Assembly (NCBI GenBank): GCA_030167865.1
Contig: JALAGF010000598.1
Location: 1 to 54,903 of the forward strand
Direction: 5' to 3'
Source: Craspedostauros australis
Taxonomy: Eukaryota
DNA: 54,903 nt
The position numbers and the translations under genes are program-made. Shown one piece after another: positions 10,734 to 22,200 of this stretch. Under the pieces are notes generated by a model. The model searched no databases. It was not told the origin of the DNA and was given only the letters and a program-made list of their open reading frames with translations. Position 1 is the first letter of the stretch; every line of letters starts with the position of its first letter.

Positions 10734-11574
10734 GGCAACTGCGTAGTATGTCGGAGGACGCGCAAACAGATGAAGGGAAGCGTTTGGAGAGGAACAGATG
10801 GGGCATGAACGATTGGCTGAATGATGAATGAGTGCATTGGAACACGGTTGGTGCCCATGTTCGCATCGCAAGGTCGGCATCAACCGACGCACGTACCGAC
10901 GCACCCCTGCACACAAAGAAGGGACCATGTTGATGGAGCCTTGGCGTCTCTGATGCTCTCAAAGTACGAGTAGAGCAGAGCACTCTGGTACCGTCAAGTC
11001 ACACGCTGAGCGAACTGGCACGAAATGTATGCATGATCCATGCACGATTAGCACGCAAAGGTGATATTGATTGACCTCAGTGTATTTTGCCACGATCAAG
11101 GTGGAATGAGTCAGACGATCTGTGATGTGAACACGCTCTTGATACCTTCACATACATGCTTGGTGTTAGCGTAGAATACTCCGCTACGGTACTTCACACG
11201 ACCTCCTGGAAAGGGCCTATTTTAATTGATGCGATAGCTCGTGAGCATGGCTTGGAGGAGAGCTCCAGGGAAAGCTCCCCCAGCATCGCTCATTCATGAG
11301 CGTTGCACCTCTCTTGGATGATTCGATCGTTCCAAACTCGAACTCGTTGTTTCCGCTCGTTCCTTCGACGTGATGACGATGTCGGACATCAAGAGATACA
11401 CGTACACGCTCGTACCATGCCTCCTCTGACATGGACGAGGGGAGATGCCGACAGTGATCAACTCTGCTAGTTCCCTGCTTGGCGCTCCCCACGTTCCACA
11501 CGTTTGACTTGTTGGTTCACTGGCTGGCTGGCTGACCACGGGAACAAATGAGCATCCAGGCGGATCGCTCGCAC

Positions 11575-13539
11575 TTACATGGCCAACATGCCGGCGACAG
11601 CACCAGCAGCAAGTCCCATCCAGTGGACAAAGGCAGCGGGCTTGAATGCTGCAGAGGTCGGTGCGGACGTGGGTGCATCGGTCGGTGATCCGGTTGGTGG
11701 TGATGGTACCAAGGAATCCAATGGAAAGGTGGAAGAATCCAAAACTGAACCCAGCTCATGGATAACACCGTTGCTGGCCAGCACGTCGGCAGCAATCACC
11801 GCAACACCATTCACGGTCACCGCGCTGCCAGTCTTGACGACCGTCAACGATTCACCGTTGAGAGTGTTGACGACGGTGCTGCCTTCGTTGAGCTGCTCGG
11901 TGGTGATAACGCCGTTCACGATGTGGGCGCTCAGGATCGCCTCGAGCACTTCGGTCCTGTTCTGGATGACGGCGAATTCGGCCGGGAAATCGGTGCTGAG
12001 CTTGGTGAAGGCGGCGTCGTTGGGAGCAAAGACGGTGACTCCATCGGTGCCCGTGAGTGCGGCGACGAGGTCGTCGAAGTTGCCAACGAGATCAATGAGG
12101 GTGTCGAAGTTGCCGGCCGCGGTGGCTACTTCCAAAACGTTGGTGCTGAGCCAGCCAGGTGTGAGGACGGAGTCGATGCCGTGGATGATGGCAGGATTCT
12201 GGGTTGGGATGTCTGTGAGATTGGCGATGACATTGGTTGCGTTGTTGTTGATTGTGATGCCGCCCATGGCGTCGACGGAGAAGGAGAGAATTTCCTCGTT
12301 CATGGCCTTGAGCATGGCGCCATCCGTGAGCATGCTGGATTCCACAACCGATCCAGCCACAATATGGTTTTGCAGCACGCTCTTCAGATGGCTGATGAAC
12401 TCGGGGGTTAGGAGCTGAGTGACGAGGGCCGCTGGGAGCTTGGCGAATGCACTATCGACGGGTGCGAAGACTGTGAGGTTTGCGGTGCAATCAAGCACGT
12501 CGCCGAGGCCCGATGCATTGCCCAGCCTGAGGAGCGTGCCGAACAAATCGTCGTTTTGCATGACGACGTCGACGACGGTGTACGGTGTGATCGCATTATC
12601 GAGGTTGTAGACGTGTCCGTTGTGCGCAAGCGTGGTATCTTCGGAAGTTGTTGCGTCCTGGAGGCGCACCACGAGTTCGTAGTTGTTGTTGACAGTTGTT
12701 TTCACGTTGATCAGCTTCCCGTTGAGGGCGGTGACATTGGTGGTCTCTTCGAAGTCCACCCCTTTGACGATGCCATTCAGGACGTGGTAGAGGAGGAAAT
12801 CCTCGAGGTAGTCCGCGTCGCTGAGCTTGGATTCGATCCATGGCTTTCGCTTCAGCAAGTTGGCAATGCCATCGTTGGTTGGCGCAAGCAGAGTGAATGG
12901 ACCGCTGGCACCCAATGTGCTGAGTGTGCTCTGGAGTCCTGCCATGTCAATGAGCTTGACGAGCTCAGTAAAGTTTGCGTTGCCCTTCGCGATGTCGTAG
13001 ATGCTGTTCTGGACGAAGTCGGGCGTGATGATGCCGTCAAGGATATGGACGAATCCATTGATTGCCATGAGATCCTTCTCGATGATCATCGCACCGCCTG
13101 GGGCGATCGTGATGTCCCCATCCTTGTCGATAGTGAACACGCGGTTTGCTCCCAAGTCGAATTCATCTTCGTGCACGGTGCCGTTCTCGATGGCACTTGA
13201 AGGAATCACGTCCTCGCTGAAGTGCAGTCCAAGCAGGGTAATCAAATGGTCAGTCCATTGTTCCTTGAAGATGTTCGTGGCGAGGCCATTTGGGAGGGCC
13301 GTGAAGGCCGAGTTGATGGGAGCGAAGACAGTGGCGTCGATGTCCGCGTCATTGAGCTGCTCGAAGACACCGAGATCAATGAGAGCATCCTGCAAGATGG
13401 AGAGGCGGGCACTATTGGCAGCCACGATGTCTGCGACGGTGACTTGGGGGATGGCCTCCACGAATCCTCTGCCGCTTCCGCTGGTGGACAATGTCACGGC
13501 TCCCATGATGAAGGAGAGGCTGGAGAAGGAGAGCTTCAT
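11575..13539 (-). CDS. Fasciclin-like cell-surface protein, 4 FAS1 domains, signal peptide, predicted GPI signal (paralog 2)
   Basis: ATVFAPINSAF, FTLLAPTN, LTVFAPVDSAF, VTVFAPNDAAF; NGFVHILDGII, NGHVYNLD, PAIIHGIDSVL, NGVIHELGSVL; Pro/Thr stalk plus hydrophobic C-terminus. Confidence 0.95.
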   Translation of the reverse strand: MKLSFSSLSFIMGAVTLSTSGSGRGFVEAIPQVTVADIVAANSARLSILQDALIDLGVFEQLNDADIDATVFAPINSAFTALPNGLATNIFKEQWTDHLITLLGLHFSEDVIPSSAIENGTVHEDEFDLGANRVFTIDKDGDITIAPGGAMIIEKDLMAINGFVHILDGIITPDFVQNSIYDIAKGNANFTELVKLIDMAGLQSTLSTLGASGPFTLLAPTNDGIANLLKRKPWIESKLSDADYLEDFLLYHVLNGIVKGVDFEETTNVTALNGKLINVKTTVNNNYELVVRLQDATTSEDTTLAHNGHVYNLDNAITPYTVVDVVMQNDDLFGTLLRLGNASGLGDVLDCTANLTVFAPVDSAFAKLPAALVTQLLTPEFISHLKSVLQNHIVAGSVVESSMLTDGAMLKAMNEEILSFSVDAMGGITINNNATNVIANLTDIPTQNPAIIHGIDSVLTPGWLSTNVLEVATAAGNFDTLIDLVGNFDDLVAALTGTDGVTVFAPNDAAFTKLSTDFPAEFAVIQNRTEVLEAILSAHIVNGVITTEQLNEGSTVVNTLNGESLTVVKTGSAVTVNGVAVIAADVLASNGVIHELGSVLDSSTFPLDSLVPSPPTGSPTDAPTSAPTSAAFKPAAFVHWMGLAAGAVAGMLAM

Positions 13540-14919
13540 CTTGATGCGGTATAGTATTTGTACTTGCTGTTTGTGTTTGTGTTTGTGCTTTGGTTACCTC
13601 GGCCGGTTTCGTTTTATGTGTGCTTCAAACATGACGAAAGTTGAGATCGACGGCTCCACATGCTTTTCAGTTTGTTTGCGCAGTTGCGCTTGCACTTGCC
13701 AGGGAGCGAAGTGGAATAACTCTGCGTCCCTCGCTGAATCTGCCGGCAGAGATACAACATGCCGCAACAGGGAATTGCCGACATGCTTCGATCGTCGCCA
13801 CACCCGCACGTCAGAGGGCGGGTGTCATCCTTGGATGACGGATGGGCAGCGGTTCAGTAGCACGATCGATTGGTGTGCGCTTTGCAGTCCGCAACTGCGT
13901 AGAGGATCGTGCAGAGGATGACAGAGATCGGCAACAGTGGAAGCATGACATCACATGAAATGAAGTCTTTTCCGTCCCTGGGACTTGGTTCGCGAGGTCC
14001 TGCTGTTGGCAGTGATATCGTTCGAAGATCACAAAAGGTGTGCGTCTGGCACAGTAGAGTCGATCGTATGCGTCGGACGGCACGACAACGTCACGTCACG
14101 TCACGTCGCCTCGCCAGGAGCCGCGCCAACCACCCGCATTGTTCATCCAGTTGGCCGGCATGTTTCGCTCTGCACTTGCGGGCTGCGTGTGGTGCCAGCC
14201 ACCAAACCCCTCATGCTTTCCCTGAATTAAGTATGGGGCAACACCTCCTCTTTGCTGTGGCATCATCGGCGGTCTGCGGATGGGGGATGATGTGCATACA
14301 TACATCACGCAGGACGATGGAGTACCTGCCGGAAGAGTATGCGCCACCAGCCATGATGCCCAAGCACCTGCTGATCGTTGATCTGTTGTTGGTGATGTTG
14401 TTTGTGAAGTCGTTGTTGGTTGTGTTGCCGTGAGCAAAAGGCGGTTTTGGTGTTGCGTGATGTTGAGCGATGTTGTGTGATGTTGTGTGATGTTGCGCCA
14501 ACCGCGCAGGATCCATTTGCGTCGTATCCTTCTTCTATCACACCTTGTGATCCGGTTGGTCGAAGTTCGGAGAATGAAATGGAATCAATGATGAACTTGC
14601 ATCCGTTCAGTCATGCATAAGGAGAGATTGCAAAGCCAAATTGTGTGAAGCTCGGGTAGTTCAATACTAATTGTGAATTTACCGCAGACCCCAACATGAT
14701 CTTGGTCGTCCTCTCGCTGAATCCGAGTGAAAGGTATTGTGTGAAGGTCGTGTGCACCATACGACTACAGCGAGGAGCGCTTCGTGTCTTATTGGCGCCA
14801 CACAACGATCCTGCGTCATTGGGTGGGATCAATTCTATTAAATAATACATTAGTGTGCGTGGCATGTGTCGTACGAACACAGCTCTTCCCTCCCGTCGAT
14901 GCTGACTGCCTGGACTTCT

Positions 14920-16860
14920 TCAGACGACGAAGGCTTGCATTGCGACGAGCACGATGCAGGTGCCGACGTACCCCAGGACGCTGGCGATACGGATTGGGCG
15001 GGGCGTCGATGAGCTCGTTGGCGATGCAGTTGGTGCTGGTGGTGCCAAGGAATCCAGCGGGTACGTGGAAGAATTCATCACTCCGCCCAGCACATGAATC
15101 ATGCCGTTGTTGGCCAGGACGCCGGTGCGAAGCACCGGGACGCCGTTCACAGACAGACCACTACCGGAATTTTCGATCACCAACAATTCATCGGAGATGC
15201 TTCTGACGATGACGCTTGGTTTGGAGAGAACATCCGCGGTCAGAACGTCCTTGACGAAATGAGCACTGAGAATGCCTTGGAGGACTTCGGTCCTGTCTTG
15301 GATCACGCCGTATTCAGCGGGGAAGTCCGTGCGGAGCTCGGTGAACGCGGTATCATCCGGAGCGAAGATGGTGTATCCTTCAGCGCTTGTGAGTGCAGCG
15401 ACGAGACTATCGAAGCCGCTTACGAGCTCGACGAGAGTGTCGAAGTTCCCATCCGCGGTGGCTACCTGCAGCAGGTTGGCATGGAGCCAGCTGGGTGTGA
15501 GGAGAGCGTCGACGCCATGGATGATGGCGAGATTTCCTGGCGCTGCAAGATCAAGCATCCCAGGCAAGGGTCTGCTGCTGTTGTTGATTGTGATGCCGCT
15601 CATGGCATCGACGGAAAAAGAGAGCATCTGGCCGTTTCTGGCCTCGAGAGCAGTGCCATCCGTGATCATGTCGATCTCCAATACTCGACCATCGACAACG
15701 TGAGAGAAGACAAGGTCCTTGCGATGAGCGATGAATCGAGGTAACCGAAGGCGAGTGAGTAGGTCTGCGGGTATCTCGCTGAACGCTGCGTTGACCGGCG
15801 CGAAGACGGTGAAGTTCCTTGTCACATCAAATCTCCGTCCCAGCTCGACGTGGACTATCATCGAGCTGAACATGGAGAAGAAATCATCAAGCTGGTTCAA
15901 GATGTCAACGACGTTGAAGGGTGCGACGACTTGGTCGACAATGTGCACAATTCCGTTGCTGGCGAGTCTGCTGCTGTCAATCGTGGCAGATTGGACCCTC
16001 ACGGCCGGATCCTCTCCCGGCTGTTGGGCATTCTGGAAGTTCAACACTCTGCCGTCCGAGGCCATCAGCGATTGGCTTTCTTGAAGTTCATCGGCTGTGA
16101 AGATCCCGTCGATGATATGATACAATAGGAAATCCATTACGTCTGATTGAACTAGGAAGTCCTCGGATCTCCAAGGTTTGAGAGCGAAGAAGCTGTTGAC
16201 GGCATCGTTAGTCGGAGCGAACAGAGTGTATCCGTTTCCAGCCATATCGAGCGTGCTCAGGGTGCCGGCCAGCAAACCAAAGTCCACCATTTCGATGAGG
16301 TTGGAGAAATTGGAGAGCGAGGATGTAAAGTCGTAGATGCTGGTGTCTAGGAACGTTGGGGTGAGGACGGCGTCGATGGCATGGATGATTCCGTTGGATG
16401 CCACGATGTTGGCATCAATCACCGTGGCGTTGCCCGGGTCAACGGTGATGTTGCCATCGATGGTTTTGGCAAAGACAATGTCCTCCTGCGCCAACGTTGC
16501 CTTGCTCATGCCATCTTGGATAGCATCTCCATCCAGCTCGGAGTCGAGAACGTGGAACGAAACGAGAGACTCGAGATGGCTATCCCAAGAGTCCTTGCGC
16601 AGTCGGGAAAGGAGTCCTTCTGGAAGTGCCTCGAACGCAGCATTGGTGGGAGCGAACAGAGTCCAGCCAGCGTCCGTCGTGTTGAACAGCGCGGTCTGGT
16701 TGGTGGCATTGATGAGATCAGCCAAGAGCGAGAACCTGGTAGGATCGGCGAGGAGGACTTCTATGATGGAATCCTGCGCGTGGACATGGACGGTGCTCCA
16801 TGCCGTAAGCGTGATGAAGAGAGGGAGAAATCCCCTTCGATTGAAATATGAGACCGTCAT
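14920..16860 (-). CDS. Fasciclin-like cell-surface protein, 4 FAS1 domains, signal peptide, hydrophobic (GPI/TM) C-terminus (paralog 3)
   Basis: WTLFAPTNAAF, YTLFAPTN, FTVFAPVNAAF, YTIFAPDD; NGIIHAIDAVL, NGIVHIVDQVV, LAIIHGVDALL, NGMIHVLGGVM; signal ending VHA-QD. Confidence 0.95.
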   Translation of the reverse strand: MTVSYFNRRGFLPLFITLTAWSTVHVHAQDSIIEVLLADPTRFSLLADLINATNQTALFNTTDAGWTLFAPTNAAFEALPEGLLSRLRKDSWDSHLESLVSFHVLDSELDGDAIQDGMSKATLAQEDIVFAKTIDGNITVDPGNATVIDANIVASNGIIHAIDAVLTPTFLDTSIYDFTSSLSNFSNLIEMVDFGLLAGTLSTLDMAGNGYTLFAPTNDAVNSFFALKPWRSEDFLVQSDVMDFLLYHIIDGIFTADELQESQSLMASDGRVLNFQNAQQPGEDPAVRVQSATIDSSRLASNGIVHIVDQVVAPFNVVDILNQLDDFFSMFSSMIVHVELGRRFDVTRNFTVFAPVNAAFSEIPADLLTRLRLPRFIAHRKDLVFSHVVDGRVLEIDMITDGTALEARNGQMLSFSVDAMSGITINNSSRPLPGMLDLAAPGNLAIIHGVDALLTPSWLHANLLQVATADGNFDTLVELVSGFDSLVAALTSAEGYTIFAPDDTAFTELRTDFPAEYGVIQDRTEVLQGILSAHFVKDVLTADVLSKPSVIVRSISDELLVIENSGSGLSVNGVPVLRTGVLANNGMIHVLGGVMNSSTYPLDSLAPPAPTASPTSSSTPRPIRIASVLGYVGTCIVLVAMQAFVV

Positions 16861-19252
16861 TCGGGTGGTGATCTGTGCTGCGATCTACTCCCCTCTGCTC
16901 ATGCTCGGTTGATGCGTGCTTTGATGCGTGCTTGGGCGCGATGTGATGCAGTGCTTGAGCGTTGATGTCGATGTCGATGTCGATCTGTGAGCCAATAATT
17001 GATGGCCTTCGATACTGCTGCCGATGATGCCAATAGTCAAGCTTTCAATGCTTTCAATGTTTGGACTGTGTTGAATGATAAGTCGAGTTGTCTATGATGG
17101 CGACTCCTCTGTGGAGACCGACTTGATCGTGCTTTGTGGTATCATCCGTTGCCTTCATTCTTGCGAAATCAATGAAGATGGCCATGCCGGGGCAGTGTTT
17201 GAAGCTGTTGCGCGACGGATGCTTTCGACCTTGTTCGTTGCGGTGACTACCCGGTCGGTTGTATGAAAATGGTGTGTCCATTTTCAGCATGCCACACACA
17301 CTCCATGGGGCTTTTGTTCGAGCTCGGGAGACGTCCGAAAGATCGCGCTCGACAAGAGCGACAAGAGCGACAAGAAATGGCTTCAACACAGAGCAGAGAG
17401 GACTCTGCAGCATTCTTCACATGCGCGATGGTGCATCACATGCAGATGCGAAGCCTTCACTTCAACACATCCCTCTTGTGTGGGCGCCAAAATCGGATGG
17501 ATCCATCCCGGCAGTCGTACTTCTTTCAAAAGGTGCATTCAGTCGTGGATGTGGTAGCAGGTTTCCTCGAGAATTTTGTTTTCCGCTTCATTATTGTCAG
17601 TAAATAATACATTTACCCTAACTTACACATGTTGAGTCGATGTTGTCGAAACGCGAAACAGGTTCGATTTACCCATCAGGTTTGCATGGGACCACAATCG
17701 CTCGTCAAGGTCACAATCAGGATGGGGTGAACACATCCCAGCGCTGTGGACGAGTACCGAAGTACGTCAACGTTCAAAATGTGGAGGATGTGCAAAATAG
17801 CGTCGCTGTTGGTGATGGAGCTATCGTGATAATTTCTCCGAAAGCGGATTGATCGCGTCTTCTCTGTGTCGTATCGACACTCTTTTGTTTAGAAATCTTG
17901 AGAACACTGCTTTGCATTGTTGGAATTGACCGTCTCACACATGTCACTGATGACGCATACCTGCGCGCGAATGCCCATCGCATGAGCGCTCAAAAAGTCG
18001 CACCGGAAAAGAACAGCGTGGAGGTGATGGGTGGAAATGTCGCATTTTACGTGGTCGGCGTTGTTGGTGGCAGATCGCTTCCCTGGCGGCTTGTTTGGCT
18101 CTCGGCGGTTCTGGCCGTTGTTCGGCGATGTGACCATGGTGGTCTTCGGAACGGGTGACTCATCCGAGGAAAGGCAAAGGACACAACACATCATCGCGAG
18201 AAGAAGCGAAAGAGAGAAAACGAAGAGCGACGCAGAGAGAGAGAGACAGAGGCAGAGACAGAGACAGAGGAGGGTAAGAACGAAACGGCGCTGTGACTTT
18301 GAAGCAGCAACTTGCGATCAACGAGCAGCGGACTTGCGACAATCAATCAAGTGGTCCAGAGCGTTCAAGCGAGGTCGAAGAGTGAAGCCATCGAACATTC
18401 GAACCTCCTTTGATCAATCAGCAATCAGCTTTCCGAAGTCAGCTGCCTAGAATCAGGAGGTAGCATCAGGCAGAGAACAACAAAGCGCACCCACATAGTG
18501 GCAGAAGGAAAGAAGCAACCGCATCAACAGACTACGAGTACCATACGCCTGCGCAGGGAGGAGTACATACGATCTACTATACGACCTGCTCATCCACGCA
18601 CCATACAAGTACTGGAGAGTACTGGAGAGTGCACCATTCGATAGAGCAGAAGAGGCAACACAGAGACAGCTCGCACCCGTGGAGACCGACAGGACTCTTC
18701 GGAAAGCAAGAGAAGGAAGCGGAGAACAGGGTGCCGCACCAACAGCGCTCCATTGAGATCGGTTCGCATGGAAGGGCGCGCGCTTTTACTAACATACGCA
18801 GTGCTGGTACTCTCGAGAGGTTTGGACGAGAGCCTCTGTACACAGGTATAGGTAATACGATCTATTCTCTGCATCCATCACACCAACGACGCCTCCTCTC
18901 TCGGATTGGATCTTGCATTCTGCCCTTACGCAGACTCACGATTGCATCAGCGGCACGGAAAGCCGCGCTCCGGGCTCAGCCTAACCTGCCATCACAACAG
19001 CAGCCTGCTGATCGGTGAACGTAGAAAGCTCTGAGAGATTCCTGGATTGCGACGAAGACAACCAAAGAGTTCCCGATTGCTGCTCCATCATCTTCGCAAA
19101 GATCTTTTCGAGACGCAGTCAGGTTGATCTCAACTCGCTTCCCCTCAGTCGAACAGCACTTGCCGGATGCTGCAAAGCATACTTTGTAGCAAAGGACAAC
19201 CTGAACCAATCGCTGCGGGGTACCAGCAGCACAACAACGTCCGTGACACTTC

Positions 19253-22200
19253 ATGCATCCAACCATGACTCCAACACCAGCTGATGACGTCTCGCAAGCT
19301 CCGCGGCAGCACGCACTGCTGCCTAACGAACAGAATGGCCAATTTGAGACGTTACCTTTGACCGCAGCAACGTCGGACGATGGTGAAATGAGCAGTGCCA
19401 CGAACACTTGCGTGGGCACACAACCGATGCACGAGGCTGCTGTTGCTACCGCCGCCGCCGCTGATGTTAATGATGGCGATGATGCAGCTCACAATGCGAC
19501 GGCATCATCGACCGCATCGAAGTTCTCGGGACCGAAGTCATTTCAGAAACTATCAAAGTCGGTGGCTGCTTTGATGCTGGCTTCGGCATCGCCCAAACCA
19601 CCTAAAAGCACGTCGAGGAAGACGACACAGTCCAAATCCAAGCATCGCATATCGCGTCATCATGCCATCAATGCCACAGGCAGCGTGCAGTCCATACGGA
19701 ATCTCTCATTGTCACCGAACATGACGACAAAGAGTTCCGTGACAATCGCAGCGCGGGATGATGAAACTGCCTCTCCATCACATCAATCACACCCATCACA
19801 CCCACCCACCCAACAAAGACCAATTCCATTCGCCCTGTCATCCGAACCGCTTACAACAAGTTCGTCGTTTGATGCTTTGTCACCGGATGAAGTCGTGCTG
19901 CCTCTCGCATCGCCGTTGGTATCCCTCGGACCAGTCACGCGGCAGCCGTTGCACCATTCGTCATTTGCCAATGCGTCCATCAACAGCAGCGGGTATTTCA
20001 GCATTGCCAGCAGCGAAGGTACGAACAACAGCAACAGCAATGGCAGTGAAAATCATAAGCACAACACCAACCAGGGCGTTAACGCAAACACAAACGCGGA
20101 TGCAAAAGTGGATGCGAAGAAAGTCCACTCCACATCACACGCAATGAAAGCGTTGCCGACTTCACTATCCTGCCGAGCGACGACGCCGAGCGATGTGGAG
20201 ACCATCTCGAGCGTCGACGACGACGATGACGACGATGCCGAGTACGCAGCAAGCAAATTCCAAAGCCAATCCATGAGGTCCTGTACAACATTCACGCCCA
20301 AGACCACCGCCAGCGTCATGGCCAGGATACGTCGATTGTCCGTCGATAGTCACAGCACGCACAGCAGAGGTAGCAGTCACACACCCCGCAGCTCTTCGGG
20401 TGCACTGACATCAAAGGCCACCGCATTGGCGATCCCGCTGCCGATATCGACGCCAAGGCCGGTATCCACGAGATCGATACTCATATCACCGCCCGGGACA
20501 ACTATGATCGGCGACAGGAAGAAGTCTCCGTTGGATCCTCTGCACCACAGCCATCACCCGACGGCCAACCATTCCACATCGATCAATGGCGCCGTCGGTG
20601 CCGCCATTTCTCGTCTCAAGCCCCTCCCGAAGTCCAGGGGCATCCGACGCAGCACCAGCACACCGTCGTCTGTAGGACATGGCGCCACGAGGACGCCGCT
20701 GCACTCGCGCCCATCCCACGCGCGCCAAAACCGGCTCAGCCAGTATTCACAGCAGAGACTCAATTTCAACAAGGTGCGACGCACGATCGGACGCGACGAA
20801 CAGTATCAGCTTGTGCAGGCGGCATGGGATCAGTGCGTGGAGACGCTGCAGCAACGGCAGGCATTCATGGATGTCAAACTGCATGATAACTTGAACAGCT
20901 CCTCGGATGAATACGACGGGGCCAATTTCGATTTGCCTTTCACCCCAGCTGAGACCGCTCTGGAGAGAAGCAATACCACTCCATTCAGTACGCACGTCAA
21001 ACAACAGCCGGCCGCGAAGGCCAGCAACGCTAGCAACAATGATGAAAATGATGCAGCTGCCGTGGTTGCGCCACAGTCCAAATCATGGGATGCGTCAATA
21101 TTGAGATTGGATTCGCCACCGCCAACCTACAGGCGCTCGGTTCTTCAGCCCACCTCCAGCCCAATGGCAGCCCGCGCAAAACCGCCACGGCAACGCCATT
21201 CCGCGAACAGCACCAACCCCTGGAGGCCCATGAGCCCCATCCCGCTCGCCACGATGCGCAAGTCGTCCATCAAGGCCAGCAAGTCTTCGCGTCATTTGGT
21301 CATGCTGTCGGGTGCCTCGGGGACCGGCAAGTCCACCCTGGTGGCACGGTTGGAAGGACCGTGCTACGCCAAGTACGGATGCTACGTGCGCGTCAAATTC
21401 GATCTCAAACAGCGTCAGAAGGAAGATGAACCGATGTACGGAATCAAAACCGCCATGTCCCAGCTGTGCCACCAGCTCAGCCAGCTGCCTGCAATGCCCA
21501 GGGCGAACGGCCAGCCCGGGATGAAACGCAACGACAACAGCGCTCTGTCATTGCCCACGACCATTGCGAACGTCCAATCCAACATCATGAACCAATCCAT
21601 CGTTGCGGCGGCAGCAGCAACAACAGCATCGGAAGAAGCGACCGTGCCGGCACCACCGCCACAGTCCCCCAATCTGCAGCACGAGGCCAAACGATCGCCC
21701 GCTGCAACGCCCGGTCTGTCCAAGCATCGCCAAAATGATCCGCGATCGTTGCACGAGATCCGCCTCCAATTGCTGGATGGGCTGAGCAATCAGGAATGGG
21801 AAGTGCTGGCCAAAATCATACCGAATCTCACCGACGTCATCGGCGGTGACGCAATGCTGAAGATCCACCAGGCAGCCGCCGCATCTGCATCAGCGGCACG
21901 AAATTCTTTGCACGAGCGCACCTCCAGCGTGAAAATGAATGATGGCGCAGAAGGAGGGTTGCCCACAGAGGCTGCCACCACAACGCCCAGCTTGATCCAC
22001 GAAACGTCCACCGGTCTGCGACGCGTCTCGTTTCACCTCGATGATGCCATATCGTACCAGGCCATGTCGGACCAGCTAAGGTTTGCATGCACGCGATTTC
22101 TGCAAATTGTGAACCAGACCATACCGATCGTGATGGTGTTTGATGATACGCAATGGGCCGACCCGGCCAGTTTGGACATGATGTCGGCCTGGATATCGGA

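Noticed and set aside
7796..16912. Long plus-strand ORFs over the fasciclin genes (e.g. 8047-9243, 11579-12418, 13001-13921)
   Set aside because: Shadow ORFs caused by codon bias of the real minus-strand genes.
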